A stretch of DNA of 64,000 bases from a bacterium. GTDB taxonomy: Bacteria > Hinthialibacterota > Hinthialibacteria > Hinthialibacterales > Hinthialibacteraceae. The notes below the pieces were generated by a model. That model was not told where the DNA came from and ran no database searches. It saw only the letters and a list, made by a program, of their open reading frames with translations. The stretch is taken from positions 1,536,001 through 1,600,000 of the forward strand of contig CAXXMV010000006.1 in assembly GCA_963662285.2 (NCBI GenBank), read 5' to 3'. Positions 38,800-48,641 of this stretch are shown in pieces. Each line of letters begins with the position of its first letter. Position 1 is the first letter of the stretch. The position numbers and the translations under genes were made by a program.

Positions 38800-39500
38800 A
38801 TGTCTAATGCTTCGATAATGGCCAACGTTAATGCGATTCAGGCTGGATTGTGGCAGAGAAGAAAAGAATCCGAAGCTGAATCTCATGCTGCGCACACGCT
38901 CGAGCTTGATGTGGAGATTTCTGATGAAATTTTGATGCAGCAATGTCAAAAGGGCAATCAGGAATCCCTGGAAACGCTCTACCAGCGTTATTACCGGCCT
39001 ATTCTGCTGTTTATATTACGGATAGTTCAGAATCGTGATATGGCTGAAGACCTAGTGCAGGAAACCTTTATCCGCGTCTTCAATAAACGCGACACCTGGC
39101 AGCCCAATTCGAAATTCTCTTCCTGGCTGTACCGTATAGCCCGTAATCTGTGCATCGATGAAAAGCGGCGTTATTGGAACCGTCTGGTGCACATGGATTC
39201 TCAATACTCGAATTATAACAGTGAGTATGGGCAATCTTCATTCCTTGATTCTGTTGAAGACGGCAATGGAGACGCCCGTGATAATTTCGCCGCCAAATGC
39301 GACGAAGAAACCATAAAATCCGCTATCAACCAACTTTCGCCCGAACAGCGCGAAGTTATCATTCTTAATAAATATCAGGGGATGTCATATATTGAAATTT
39401 CCGAGATTCTTGGCGCTACTCCAGAGTCTATCAAACAAAGAGCCTATCGCGCTCATTTGAAATTAAGGCAAATATTAGAACCTCTTCTACTGGATGTTTA
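38800..39500 (+). CDS. ECF RNA polymerase sigma factor
   Basis: AEDLVQETF, FSSWLYRIARNLCID, YIEISEILG; ORF track 38782-39501, start uncertain. Confidence 0.92.
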
Positions 39501-39551
39501 GTTATTTGCGTTACTTTTTTTGATATGGATAGTTAAATGAGAATAAAAATC

Positions 39552-40250
39552 ATGAAAAATAATAACCTCTGCATGTTTAATCAAGAATTACTTAACTCTT
39601 ACGCCTCGCACAGCGTATCGGCCAGCGAACGGGTAATGGTGGAGCAGCATCTATCTCAATGCGCTCTGTGCCGCCGGGAAGTATCCCGGATGGAGCAAAC
39701 CTGGCTGGCGCTTGACGTCTGGCAAGAGGATGTCGAATCAGCTGCTCCCCGGCTTAATGATTTGCGTCTGCGTCTTAATGCGGTTCGCACCAAACCTACG
39801 TTGATTGAAAAGTTACGCAACGCCCTGGAGGCCTGCATTGCTCCAGTGCGAATGATGCCGGTTACTCCCGCCTTGGCGGTTATTGTGACCGGATTGCTGG
39901 CTTACGCCGGAATGTATAATAATTCAACAAATGGAAATAGTACATTAACTCAACCGATGACAGTTTCAACCACGCCATCAGTGAATTACGCCGCCCCAGC
40001 CTCTCATATCGGGATAGAAAATGAACCGGTTGCATCTCTCACTCAAGTCCGTGATTGGGATGCGCTGACTATGAAGAGAAATTCTAATGTCTTGATTCGC
40101 ATGGCTACAGATGGATTGAATTACGCGCGTACGGTTAACTTCGGTTTTTCTTCGCCTAGCAATGATATTTTCGCTAACTATCAGCCGATTAATAATATTA
40201 ATCCAACTACAGCCCGGATGATGACGGGTGAGCGGATCAGGTTGGAATAG
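39552..40250 (+). CDS. Zinc anti-sigma factor
   Basis: HLSQCALC motif, one TM helix. Confidence 0.85.
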   Translation: MKNNNLCMFNQELLNSYASHSVSASERVMVEQHLSQCALCRREVSRMEQTWLALDVWQEDVESAAPRLNDLRLRLNAVRTKPTLIEKLRNALEACIAPVRMMPVTPALAVIVTGLLAYAGMYNNSTNGNSTLTQPMTVSTTPSVNYAAPASHIGIENEPVASLTQVRDWDALTMKRNSNVLIRMATDGLNYARTVNFGFSSPSNDIFANYQPINNINPTTARMMTGERIRLE

Positions 40251-40264
40251 TTATAGAAGAGAAT

Positions 40265-40975
40265 TTAGATTTCAACGCCCATTGTTTTGAAATCTTTCTC
40301 AGCGGCTTCCACCCATCCCCGGTTGGCAGCTGGACTGGCTGGACTGGGATGAAGAATCCGGCCAATATTAACATCGCATCCTTCAAGCGCCCGCTGGGCG
40401 CTTTTTTGCGCAAAAGCGCCTACTCCGATAACATGTTTTGGTTTATAGTAATCCACTATCTGTTGCAACAGTAGATCGCATGTTTGCAGCAAAGGTTCTC
40501 TGTCGTCTGCGGATATTTTATCCGGCGTCAAGTTTTTGCCTGATTCATCAAAAAAAACCAGCGGACAGAAATTAACCACCATAAAACGTTTGAAAAAGTT
40601 GTCCGGTGAACCAAAACGTTGTTTGGCCCATCCCCACAGGCGTTTCCCGCTTCCCTCACGTCGTTTACATTCAAATCCTGTTATGAGGCGTTTGGGATGC
40701 TCGTATTTCGGCTTACTGACGGGAGCGCTTATATCCAACCATTCACGCACCATAACTATGTCGCCGAAGGGCACGCCGTTTTGAGCCATACCCCAGGGTC
40801 CGGGATTCATGCCCAGCAGAAGGATATCTCTGGGATTAATGCCATATTTTTGAAGATAACATTCATGAGCTTCACAGGCGTAATCCAGTGGATTATAAAC
40901 ATGAGTAATCGGCGATGTAAATTGCAGGGCATTGAGTGATTTGACGGCTTTGCGGGTGATTTGTATGATGTCCAT
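40265..40975 (-). CDS. SMUG1-type uracil-DNA glycosylase (UDG family 3)
   Basis: YNPLDYA, GMNPGPWGMAQNGVPFG, SGKRLW, HPSPASP. Confidence 0.92.
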   Translation of the reverse strand: MDIIQITRKAVKSLNALQFTSPITHVYNPLDYACEAHECYLQKYGINPRDILLLGMNPGPWGMAQNGVPFGDIVMVREWLDISAPVSKPKYEHPKRLITGFECKRREGSGKRLWGWAKQRFGSPDNFFKRFMVVNFCPLVFFDESGKNLTPDKISADDREPLLQTCDLLLQQIVDYYKPKHVIGVGAFAQKSAQRALEGCDVNIGRILHPSPASPAANRGWVEAAEKDFKTMGVEI

Positions 40976-41071
40976 GGTTGGTTAATCTCTACGAAGGTAG
41001 TTTCTCAATCCTGATCATAGTCAATCAATGACATAATGATAGAACAACTGATGTTAAGTTTAGGAAAAGGA

Positions 41072-41827
41072 TTATTGATTATTTTGGAATTCAGCATAAG
41101 TGGTTTGATATAATTCTGTATATCGAGAATTATTCTTAACCCATTGTTCGAATTCATCTAATGCAGTTTTAGCATGATTGAGATGCTTGGTTCTTATCAG
41201 AGAACGAATCAGTTCCTGGTAACCTTCAGCAGTTGAATCGTAGATTATGGGGAAGAAATATTCGACAGTCGAAGGTTTGCATAGTTTATCAAGTTCAGTG
41301 CGGTCAAAATAAAGAGTTCGCAGGACAATGTAGTTCTCTCGATATATAGGCAATATCTGTTCAAAGAGAGGCGCCAGGATATCAATAATGCGCTTGACCC
41401 GTCTAAGTTGTAAAGGTAAGTCTCTTTGCGCCGCGCTGAATATTTGCTTATCCAATCGATTCAGAGCTTTAAAAAACTTATCTTCTTCCGGGGCGGTTTC
41501 TTCTCCGTAAGTTTCAATAATGCGGATATTTTCTCGGGTTTTATCTAACTCGTGACATAATTCAACTAGAACTTTGTCGAAGCCTCTTTGTTTTTTTCGA
41601 TCAATATTTATATCGTCTGGCAGACGATAGAGGATATCCGAAAGTTTTCTTAATTCGCGAAGATGAGTTTCTAGCAGGTTATTGATTTTTTCGTGGGAAA
41701 TATCGTTATTTTGTTCATAACTATCGAAAAGGTCTTTTACTAAATGACGAATATAGTAAAACCCTTTGATGAAACGAATGCGTTGGTAATTACGCCAGCT
41801 GGAATCTTGTGTTAGTTGTTTAGGCAT
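41072..41827 (-). CDS. Hypothetical helical protein
   Basis: 251-aa ORF coupled to the GT9 stop (TAATG). Confidence 0.8.
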   Translation of the reverse strand: MPKQLTQDSSWRNYQRIRFIKGFYYIRHLVKDLFDSYEQNNDISHEKINNLLETHLRELRKLSDILYRLPDDINIDRKKQRGFDKVLVELCHELDKTRENIRIIETYGEETAPEEDKFFKALNRLDKQIFSAAQRDLPLQLRRVKRIIDILAPLFEQILPIYRENYIVLRTLYFDRTELDKLCKPSTVEYFFPIIYDSTAEGYQELIRSLIRTKHLNHAKTALDEFEQWVKNNSRYTELYQTTYAEFQNNQ

Positions 41828-42951
41828 TATGCAATCGTCTCCAATTGCCGTTTTACTGCATCAAACACTCTCTCGCTGGAAAGCAGTTTCATGCAATGAG
41901 GATCTTTATCGCAGCGCGTCAAATAACACCCTAAGCAATCGATCTCACCTTGAAGGATAACTCCATGATCATAAAGTTCCAGTTCAGGAGCTGAAGTTGG
42001 TCCAACCAGGCATACAACTCTTTTCTCTAAACCAAGCGCTGCATGCAAGGCGAAAGTGTCGCCTGTAACCAATATGTCGCATAAATTCAGGATAGAGATG
42101 AATTCCATAACTGATGGGCGCAACTGAGCGTCGATATATGGAACGGTCATTACCGCCATGACTTCCTGGGCGCGGTCGTAATCCGCTGGACCATAAAGAA
42201 TCAAAGGACGGGCGTTAAGTTGTTCATTGATCAGTTCCCCCAGGCGGACGAATCCTTCAACCGTCCATTTTTTATGTTGCCAACGGTCGCCGGCGCCGAC
42301 GTTGAATCCTATTATGGGGCCTTGAGCGTATAGATCATGTTGGTCGGCGAAAGAATCCGCTATATCCTTCAGTTCCGGCAGAAGAGGAACAACAATGGGA
42401 TGTTTCTTTTTCGGCGCCCCGATCAGTCGTTGCATATGGATTTGATAGGTTTCGCGGTTGGCTTTTTTTTTGTCATCCCAATAGCTCATATCAAGCCAAT
42501 CATTGCCGGAGTCGTCGAAAGCGAATACTGCGCCATCCGGTTTGCGTCCGAAGCCTTTTCGTTCTTGCGCATTGATGCGCATGGCCAATGAACCGGCTTC
42601 CGCCGCCATATCAAAATTGATGGATACGTTAAACGATTCGCTATCCAGGATGGCGAGCGTCTCTTCGGTGAATGGCAAGGGGCGATCTATCAGATGGTTA
42701 TGGCGCACCAGAGCAAAGCTTTTTTGACCGCATATCCATGTAATATGTGATTGGGGGTACATTTCCTTAATCGAGTGCAATAACGCAGTAGTGCGCATTA
42801 CATCTCCTGCGGCGCCAAGTTTAATGATTAAAATGCGTTTTTTGATAGGATCATAATATCCACAATCCTGGCATATAACGCCCATATCCTTATGTGGTTG
42901 ACAGGGGCGGTCACCGCGATAATATCGGCAATTGGTATGAACCGTTCTCAG
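41827..42951 (-). CDS. Glycosyltransferase family 9 (heptosyltransferase-like), probable CTG start
   Basis: IIKLGAAGDV, KKW, TGDTFALH, GPT; N-terminal CRYYRGDRPCQPHK lies upstream of ATG 42885. Confidence 0.88.
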   Translation of the reverse strand: MRTVHTNCRYYRGDRPCQPHKDMGVICQDCGYYDPIKKRILIIKLGAAGDVMRTTALLHSIKEMYPQSHITWICGQKSFALVRHNHLIDRPLPFTEETLAILDSESFNVSINFDMAAEAGSLAMRINAQERKGFGRKPDGAVFAFDDSGNDWLDMSYWDDKKKANRETYQIHMQRLIGAPKKKHPIVVPLLPELKDIADSFADQHDLYAQGPIIGFNVGAGDRWQHKKWTVEGFVRLGELINEQLNARPLILYGPADYDRAQEVMAVMTVPYIDAQLRPSVMEFISILNLCDILVTGDTFALHAALGLEKRVVCLVGPTSAPELELYDHGVILQGEIDCLGCYLTRCDKDPHCMKLLSSERVFDAVKRQLETIA

Positions 42952-43910
42952 CGTCTTGCACCCCCGGATTTTTCATTCAGATAATTCTTGGCTTGTTCTT
43001 GAAATGGTCCTGATTTCTTGTTACGCGCCAGTGTTTTAAGAATATTTTCGCCTTCTGCTTTTCTACCGCTTTCATATAACGCCATTCCCATTAAATACTG
43101 AGCCTGCGGAACCGCTTCGTTGTCAGGATTCTTGGCGATGAAGCGCTGCATGGTTTCAATGCATTTTTCATATTGGCTGTCGTAGAAACTAACCGAGCCT
43201 TGATAGAAAATCATGTTGGTATAAGAGGATTTTACATTATCGAGAAACGTCGCATCCAGCTTTTTATTTTGCATCAAGCGGTAGAACTGCTCTTCCGCCA
43301 GGTCGAATTGCGCCCGGTCTCTGAGTCCCTGGGCGTACATCAGGATCATTTTGGGGTTGGAATCATCTTTTTTGATTTGCTGTTCTACCAAAGTGAATTC
43401 TTCTACTTTTGCAATAACCTGTTTCATCTTTTGGGCGATATTCGAACGTTTAAGAGTTGGATCATTTTTAAGAGTTTGATTTCTGATCGAACTGGATGCG
43501 TATTCTTTTTTTAACGGATTGTATGCCACCGGATTTAGAGAAGTTTTCTTCTCGATGCGCATAGTATATATCTCGCGCCCCTGTGGATCAAAGAATAAAA
43601 TAGTGGGAAATGATGTTACTCTATATTTCTCAATTAATTCGCTTTTGCTCTCGGCGGAAACTTTAACAGCGATAAAGTCCGACTCATATTTCCGGACAAT
43701 CGGACTATCCCAGATCAAAAAATCTTCACGTTTTTTAGCTGGATTTTGGTAATAATAGGAGTGGAAGCAGAAAGCTAATACTGGTTTTCCTTCTTCTTTG
43801 GCTTGTTCTAAAGCTTTATCCAGGTCGCTTTGCCAGGTGAAGGCGGAAGCGGTTAGTGATGTTAAGCATAAAGATAATAATAACAAAGACAAATGTCGTA
43901 ATATGACCAT
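42948..43910 (-). CDS. Exported thioredoxin-like (no CxxC) + TPR protein
   Basis: WQSDLDKALEQAKEEGKPV, FPTILFFDPQG; C-terminal TPR-like helices. Confidence 0.85.
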   Translation of the reverse strand: MVILRHLSLLLLSLCLTSLTASAFTWQSDLDKALEQAKEEGKPVLAFCFHSYYYQNPAKKREDFLIWDSPIVRKYESDFIAVKVSAESKSELIEKYRVTSFPTILFFDPQGREIYTMRIEKKTSLNPVAYNPLKKEYASSSIRNQTLKNDPTLKRSNIAQKMKQVIAKVEEFTLVEQQIKKDDSNPKMILMYAQGLRDRAQFDLAEEQFYRLMQNKKLDATFLDNVKSSYTNMIFYQGSVSFYDSQYEKCIETMQRFIAKNPDNEAVPQAQYLMGMALYESGRKAEGENILKTLARNKKSGPFQEQAKNYLNEKSGGARR

Positions 43911-44041
43911 TTAGTAATCTCCTTTTGATGATGCAGACAGCACGACGATAAAGTTCTATTTTGACGTGGTTCTTTACATAATAGTATATTAGAAAATATG
44001 GAGCGTCAGCAGGTCTCTACCTGAGGAGATATACAATGCGT

Positions 44042-46066
44042 TTAATATTCGTTTGATCCGATATGATCGAAATCGATCATCAGGAGAGTGACGTCGTCAT
44101 CCAGGGGTTCGATATCCAATGGGTGTTGTACGAATTCCTCCAGGTCATCCAGAATAGTTTCTAACAGATCATCAGCTGATATATCTCCATTGTTTTCCAT
44201 CATATCTATCAGGCGATTAATTCCATATGGTTTTTTTTCATCATTGAACGCTTCGATGATGCCATCGGTATACATCAACAAGCGGTCGCCCGGTTGGATG
44301 GAGGTGCTTACCTGGTCATATTCCGTATCGGGCAATATGCCCAATGGCAGACCGTGAGAGACTTCCAGTTCTTCCACTGGTTTACTTTTTTGCCGGGCTA
44401 ATAAGGGTGGTTGATGTCCCGCTGAAGCATATTCAAATTTGCTGGTCGCCAAATCTAGTTTTCCTAAAAACATAGTGACGAATTCACCGGAATGCAGTGT
44501 ATTCAAAAGTACATTATTGAGTTGAGTTAGAAGGTCTTTGGGAGATAAATTCTGCTCAATCAAGGTATGAGACATGGCGCGGGTGATGCCCATGATGAAG
44601 GCCGCCGGCGTACCATGTCCCGAAACATCAGCCATCAGTATATATAATTGGTTATGCTCCGGCGACAGGTAATCGTAATAATCTCCACCAGACCTACCAT
44701 TGGGGATGTAGACCGAGCGGATAGTAAGACCCTCTTTCTCGAAAGAACGGTTAGGCAGCAGGCGTTTTTGCAATGCGCCTACTACTTTTAACTCATCGTC
44801 AATACGGGCGTAGGCCCGTCCCAGTTCTTCTGAGATCATGCGCAGGCGGAAATTTTTCTCTTCCAGGTCCTGGGTTCTTTCATTAACTTTACTTTCGAGT
44901 TCTTTATTCCAATCTTCAATTTGACCGATGTAGTCTTGAATCTCCTCGTTGCGCCGTTTGATTGTGGAAGCCATGTTATGTATTTGTTTTCCCAGGGTTT
45001 CCAGTTCATCGCCGGTATGGATAGATGGTTTAATATCATAATCGCCTTTGGAAATGTGAGATACGATTTGAGCGAGAACAGCGACCGGCGCAGTTACATT
45101 ACGCGCCAGAATATAGCCGATCAGAAGAACGGCGAAGAAAATAAACAGGCTGATTTGAATTATGGAACTATTTAAGTCATCCAGCATCCTGAAAATGTCT
45201 TCTAGAGGACTGAGGATCACATAAAGGCCTCTTGATTCTGACTGGGTTGGTAAAGGCGCTGAATAAGCCAGATAACGTTCATTGAATAATCTGAATATTT
45301 CAGCCCGGTTCAGCATAGCGTTTCGTTTATCGACGGCAGTATCATACCATTCAGAGCTAAAATCTATGGATTGCTTCAAACCAAAAGTTGAGGTGACAAT
45401 TTTATCATCAAGTATGAAGCCGATATGAAAACTGCTTCCCCGGAGTAGATCTTTGGCGAGGGTTTGATCTACCGGAAATCCGACTGATACGCTTCCAAGT
45501 ATTTTATTGCCGCGTTGGGGGTTGATGATGGGCGCCGATGCTACGGCGAACAGGCTTTTGCCTTTTTCCGAAGAGACCACAATATATCCTATGTTATCGT
45601 GTCCCATAAGAACATTATTCATACGCTTCCATGAATCCAAGATACTCTGCAACTTCAAGGAATCCTGGATAAGGGAGGTTTTATCGCCATGTACCAAAGT
45701 GATGGAACCATCAATCACTCTGCCGGTGCTGTCTGTAATTACGGTTAATTCACGGTTTCCTGCTCCTGGAAGCCATTGCGCCAGATAGGGCTTCTCATTA
45801 GCGCCTTCCCCCATCTGCTCCAGCGCATTACGCAATGCGTCCTGGTCGGCCAATAATGAAGCTTCGTTTTCGATGGATTGTATACGGTAGTCCAGCAGGT
45901 TGTGAAATATTGATCTTAACTCTTCAAATTTCCTTGTGTTATACTGGATAATATTATTAGTTACTAGATTATTAACCTGATAAATTGTGAATTGCATTAA
46001 AAGGGCAAATAACAGGAATAACAATAAATAGATTTTTATCTGAAACGGCAGTTTGATTCGGATCAT
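44042..46066 (-). CDS. Membrane sensor with HAMP and SpoIIE/PP2C phosphatase domain
   Basis: Two TM, DELETL HAMP, GGDYYD, ADVSGHG, AGH, YTDG, DDVT. Confidence 0.93.
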   Translation of the reverse strand: MIRIKLPFQIKIYLLLFLLFALLMQFTIYQVNNLVTNNIIQYNTRKFEELRSIFHNLLDYRIQSIENEASLLADQDALRNALEQMGEGANEKPYLAQWLPGAGNRELTVITDSTGRVIDGSITLVHGDKTSLIQDSLKLQSILDSWKRMNNVLMGHDNIGYIVVSSEKGKSLFAVASAPIINPQRGNKILGSVSVGFPVDQTLAKDLLRGSSFHIGFILDDKIVTSTFGLKQSIDFSSEWYDTAVDKRNAMLNRAEIFRLFNERYLAYSAPLPTQSESRGLYVILSPLEDIFRMLDDLNSSIIQISLFIFFAVLLIGYILARNVTAPVAVLAQIVSHISKGDYDIKPSIHTGDELETLGKQIHNMASTIKRRNEEIQDYIGQIEDWNKELESKVNERTQDLEEKNFRLRMISEELGRAYARIDDELKVVGALQKRLLPNRSFEKEGLTIRSVYIPNGRSGGDYYDYLSPEHNQLYILMADVSGHGTPAAFIMGITRAMSHTLIEQNLSPKDLLTQLNNVLLNTLHSGEFVTMFLGKLDLATSKFEYASAGHQPPLLARQKSKPVEELEVSHGLPLGILPDTEYDQVSTSIQPGDRLLMYTDGIIEAFNDEKKPYGINRLIDMMENNGDISADDLLETILDDLEEFVQHPLDIEPLDDDVTLLMIDFDHIGSNEY

Positions 46067-46302
46067 TAGTTTATCGTTCTATCCTGTTGTTTTTTTCTAA
46101 TATAATATCTGGAACCGGATGTCATTAATTGTATAAATGCTTTACTAAAAGGTTCAGGTCTCTTTAGGTATAGTAAAATGGCATACAATTCACTAATCGC
46201 ATAGAGCAAGTCTTTTTTTAAGAAAAAAATTATTGAAACCTTACGCAATTCTAATATTTTGAGTCTTTTTAAGAGCTCTTTATTTGAAAGAGGTTAAAGA
46301 CA

Positions 46303-48573
46303 TTGAGCGTCATAAATAAAAAAATCGGTCAATCAAGTAATAAACATATACTTTTTCTAATATTCACAATATCCATTGTTATTCTCTATATCTATCACAA
46401 CTCTGCGCCATTATTGGCGTTATGGGTTAATGGTTATGCCTTTTTTCTAGTATTTAAACCTTATACCTGGTATTCGCATTTACCTGAATTTATTAGTATT
46501 ACGTTCTTGTGGCTGTTAGGCTACGCTCTGGGCGCCATGCTGTTAAGAATATTGAATCAAAAAGTACGCCAATCTTTTGAATTATGTATTCCCCTTGGTT
46601 GGGGAGTGTTATCATTAATCATTTTCGCACTTGCCTTATTGCAATTACTCAATAGCGCCGCCATTGCAATATGTCTGGTTGTTCTGGCGTTGCTTGCAAT
46701 TTCATGGATGATTATATCAAAAGATTTATCTTTAACAAAACCAATAGAGTATAAAAAACGTTTTTTTTCTCTCCAGTGGGATGCCCGTGTTGCCGCGATA
46801 TTGATTCTTATACCTTTGAGTTTCGCCTTTTTTTGTTCACTTATGCCGCCTACCCAATCGGATGGATTGAGGTATCACTTAAGCGTACCCAAACTATATC
46901 TTGATCATGGTGGATTTTATCTGATTCCGGATATCGCTTTTTCCAATTTCCCATTTTTAATAGAATATTTATTCGCAATTCCTTTGGCTTTTGGATTAAA
47001 TTCCGTCCCCAAAATGATTCATGCGTCTTTCTATATATTTATAATTAAGTTGATCTATAACCTGGGTAAAAAAACGGGCGGCGAACGGGTAGGAATCTTC
47101 GGCGCTTTATTGTTTGCCAGCGTTCCTTTTACTTCCATCTTCGCTTCCTGGTCGTTTATTGAGATGGGGCTTACATTTTACACCCTGTTAGCCTGCGCCT
47201 TGTGCTTTGATATAGTAGAAAGCATTCGTTTAGAAGAGAAGCGATTTTATTTTAACTCAATTCTTCTAATGGGAATAACCGGAGGTTTTCTGATTGGTTG
47301 TAAGTATACTGCTTTAACTACGGTTTTTCTCATTTTCATGATTCTATTATGCTCCACCAAGTCCAAGTCATTCAAAGAAATGAGAACAAACCTGCTGCGG
47401 GCGGTTCTTTTTGGTGGAGTTACGGCGCTGGTCGCCTCTCCCTGGCTAATCAAGAACGCAATTTTATTGGGCAACCCGGTCTATCCATTTGCCGGAGGAC
47501 TATTCGCCCATCCTTATTGGTCTGATTTCAACAACCTTTTTTTCCATTTTCATGCAGGAGGGAAGGGAAGTTTCAATGAACTATTAGAAGCGCCGTGGTG
47601 GGAATGGATCACAGACGCAGTGACGCTGCCCTTTCGCGTTACCTTTTTCCCCGGTGATAAAGAATGGCATACTGAAAGATTCGGTTCATGGCAGCTTGGA
47701 CCCATGTGGTTGATATTGGCGCCATTTATACCACTACATAGAAACTGGACGGTACGCAAGTCGCTTCATTTAATTACCGGTTTATTTTTATATTTCATCT
47801 GGGCCTATACCTATCGTGATTCGCGTTTTCTATTACCTGCTATGGCCATTACTGCGCCCTTATTTGCTGTGCTGGTCGAAGAGTTAATTTCATTGCGTTC
47901 ATGGTGCAAATGGTGTTTCTTCTCAGGTATATCATACTGCCTGCTGTTTACTTCAACTGTAATTCTGCTGCCAGAGGTAAATGCTCCCTGGTGGGTAATC
48001 AGCGGCGCCATATCAGAAGAGCAGTATCTGGAAAAATATTGTATATATACACGTCTTCCCAATCAGGCGTTTCGCTGGCTGAGAGAGAACACTGATCCTA
48101 GTGAAAAAGTTCTTTTACATGGCATCGAACATCCATTTTATTGTCCCAATGAGTTCGTCGGGGCTGATTGGTTCAATACTGATCCTCTTATAAGGTGGTC
48201 ATGGGAGACGCCTGACGCAAAAGGGCTTATAGAACGATTGCGTCAGGAAAATATCAAATATCTGGTTTATTATTATGGTAAAATAAAAAATCCCGAACAT
48301 TTTCCGTTGTATTGCTTCTTCCGGTTGCCCCAAGAGAAAGGAATTAAACTTTTATCGGAATATAAAAAACGTCAATATTCAAAAGAGCGCTATCCTTATG
48401 CTTATAAAGCATGGGCGACTCAGTTTGAAAGAGATTTTGCCGAAGCGGAAAGATCATCACCCAATGTAAAAGCACTGGAAACTCTGTTAGATGGGGGATT
48501 ATTGGCAGAAGTATTTAAATACCAGGATCCTAAAAACCAATATAACGGAATATCGATTTTAAAGATACAATGA
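46303..48573 (+). CDS. GT-C fold (ArnT/PMT-like) membrane glycosyltransferase
   Basis: Many TM helices; DGLRYHL, KYT, PWLIKN..GNPVYPF, RFLLP. Confidence 0.8.
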   Translation: MSVINKKIGQSSNKHILFLIFTISIVILYIYHNSAPLLALWVNGYAFFLVFKPYTWYSHLPEFISITFLWLLGYALGAMLLRILNQKVRQSFELCIPLGWGVLSLIIFALALLQLLNSAAIAICLVVLALLAISWMIISKDLSLTKPIEYKKRFFSLQWDARVAAILILIPLSFAFFCSLMPPTQSDGLRYHLSVPKLYLDHGGFYLIPDIAFSNFPFLIEYLFAIPLAFGLNSVPKMIHASFYIFIIKLIYNLGKKTGGERVGIFGALLFASVPFTSIFASWSFIEMGLTFYTLLACALCFDIVESIRLEEKRFYFNSILLMGITGGFLIGCKYTALTTVFLIFMILLCSTKSKSFKEMRTNLLRAVLFGGVTALVASPWLIKNAILLGNPVYPFAGGLFAHPYWSDFNNLFFHFHAGGKGSFNELLEAPWWEWITDAVTLPFRVTFFPGDKEWHTERFGSWQLGPMWLILAPFIPLHRNWTVRKSLHLITGLFLYFIWAYTYRDSRFLLPAMAITAPLFAVLVEELISLRSWCKWCFFSGISYCLLFTSTVILLPEVNAPWWVISGAISEEQYLEKYCIYTRLPNQAFRWLRENTDPSEKVLLHGIEHPFYCPNEFVGADWFNTDPLIRWSWETPDAKGLIERLRQENIKYLVYYYGKIKNPEHFPLYCFFRLPQEKGIKLLSEYKKRQYSKERYPYAYKAWATQFERDFAEAERSSPNVKALETLLDGGLLAEVFKYQDPKNQYNGISILKIQ

Positions 48574-48641
48574 TAAACTTAATTGACGTTACATTTTCTT
48601 AGGGTTATCTTCAGTTATAAAAGTAATGGAGATTGTTTCTG

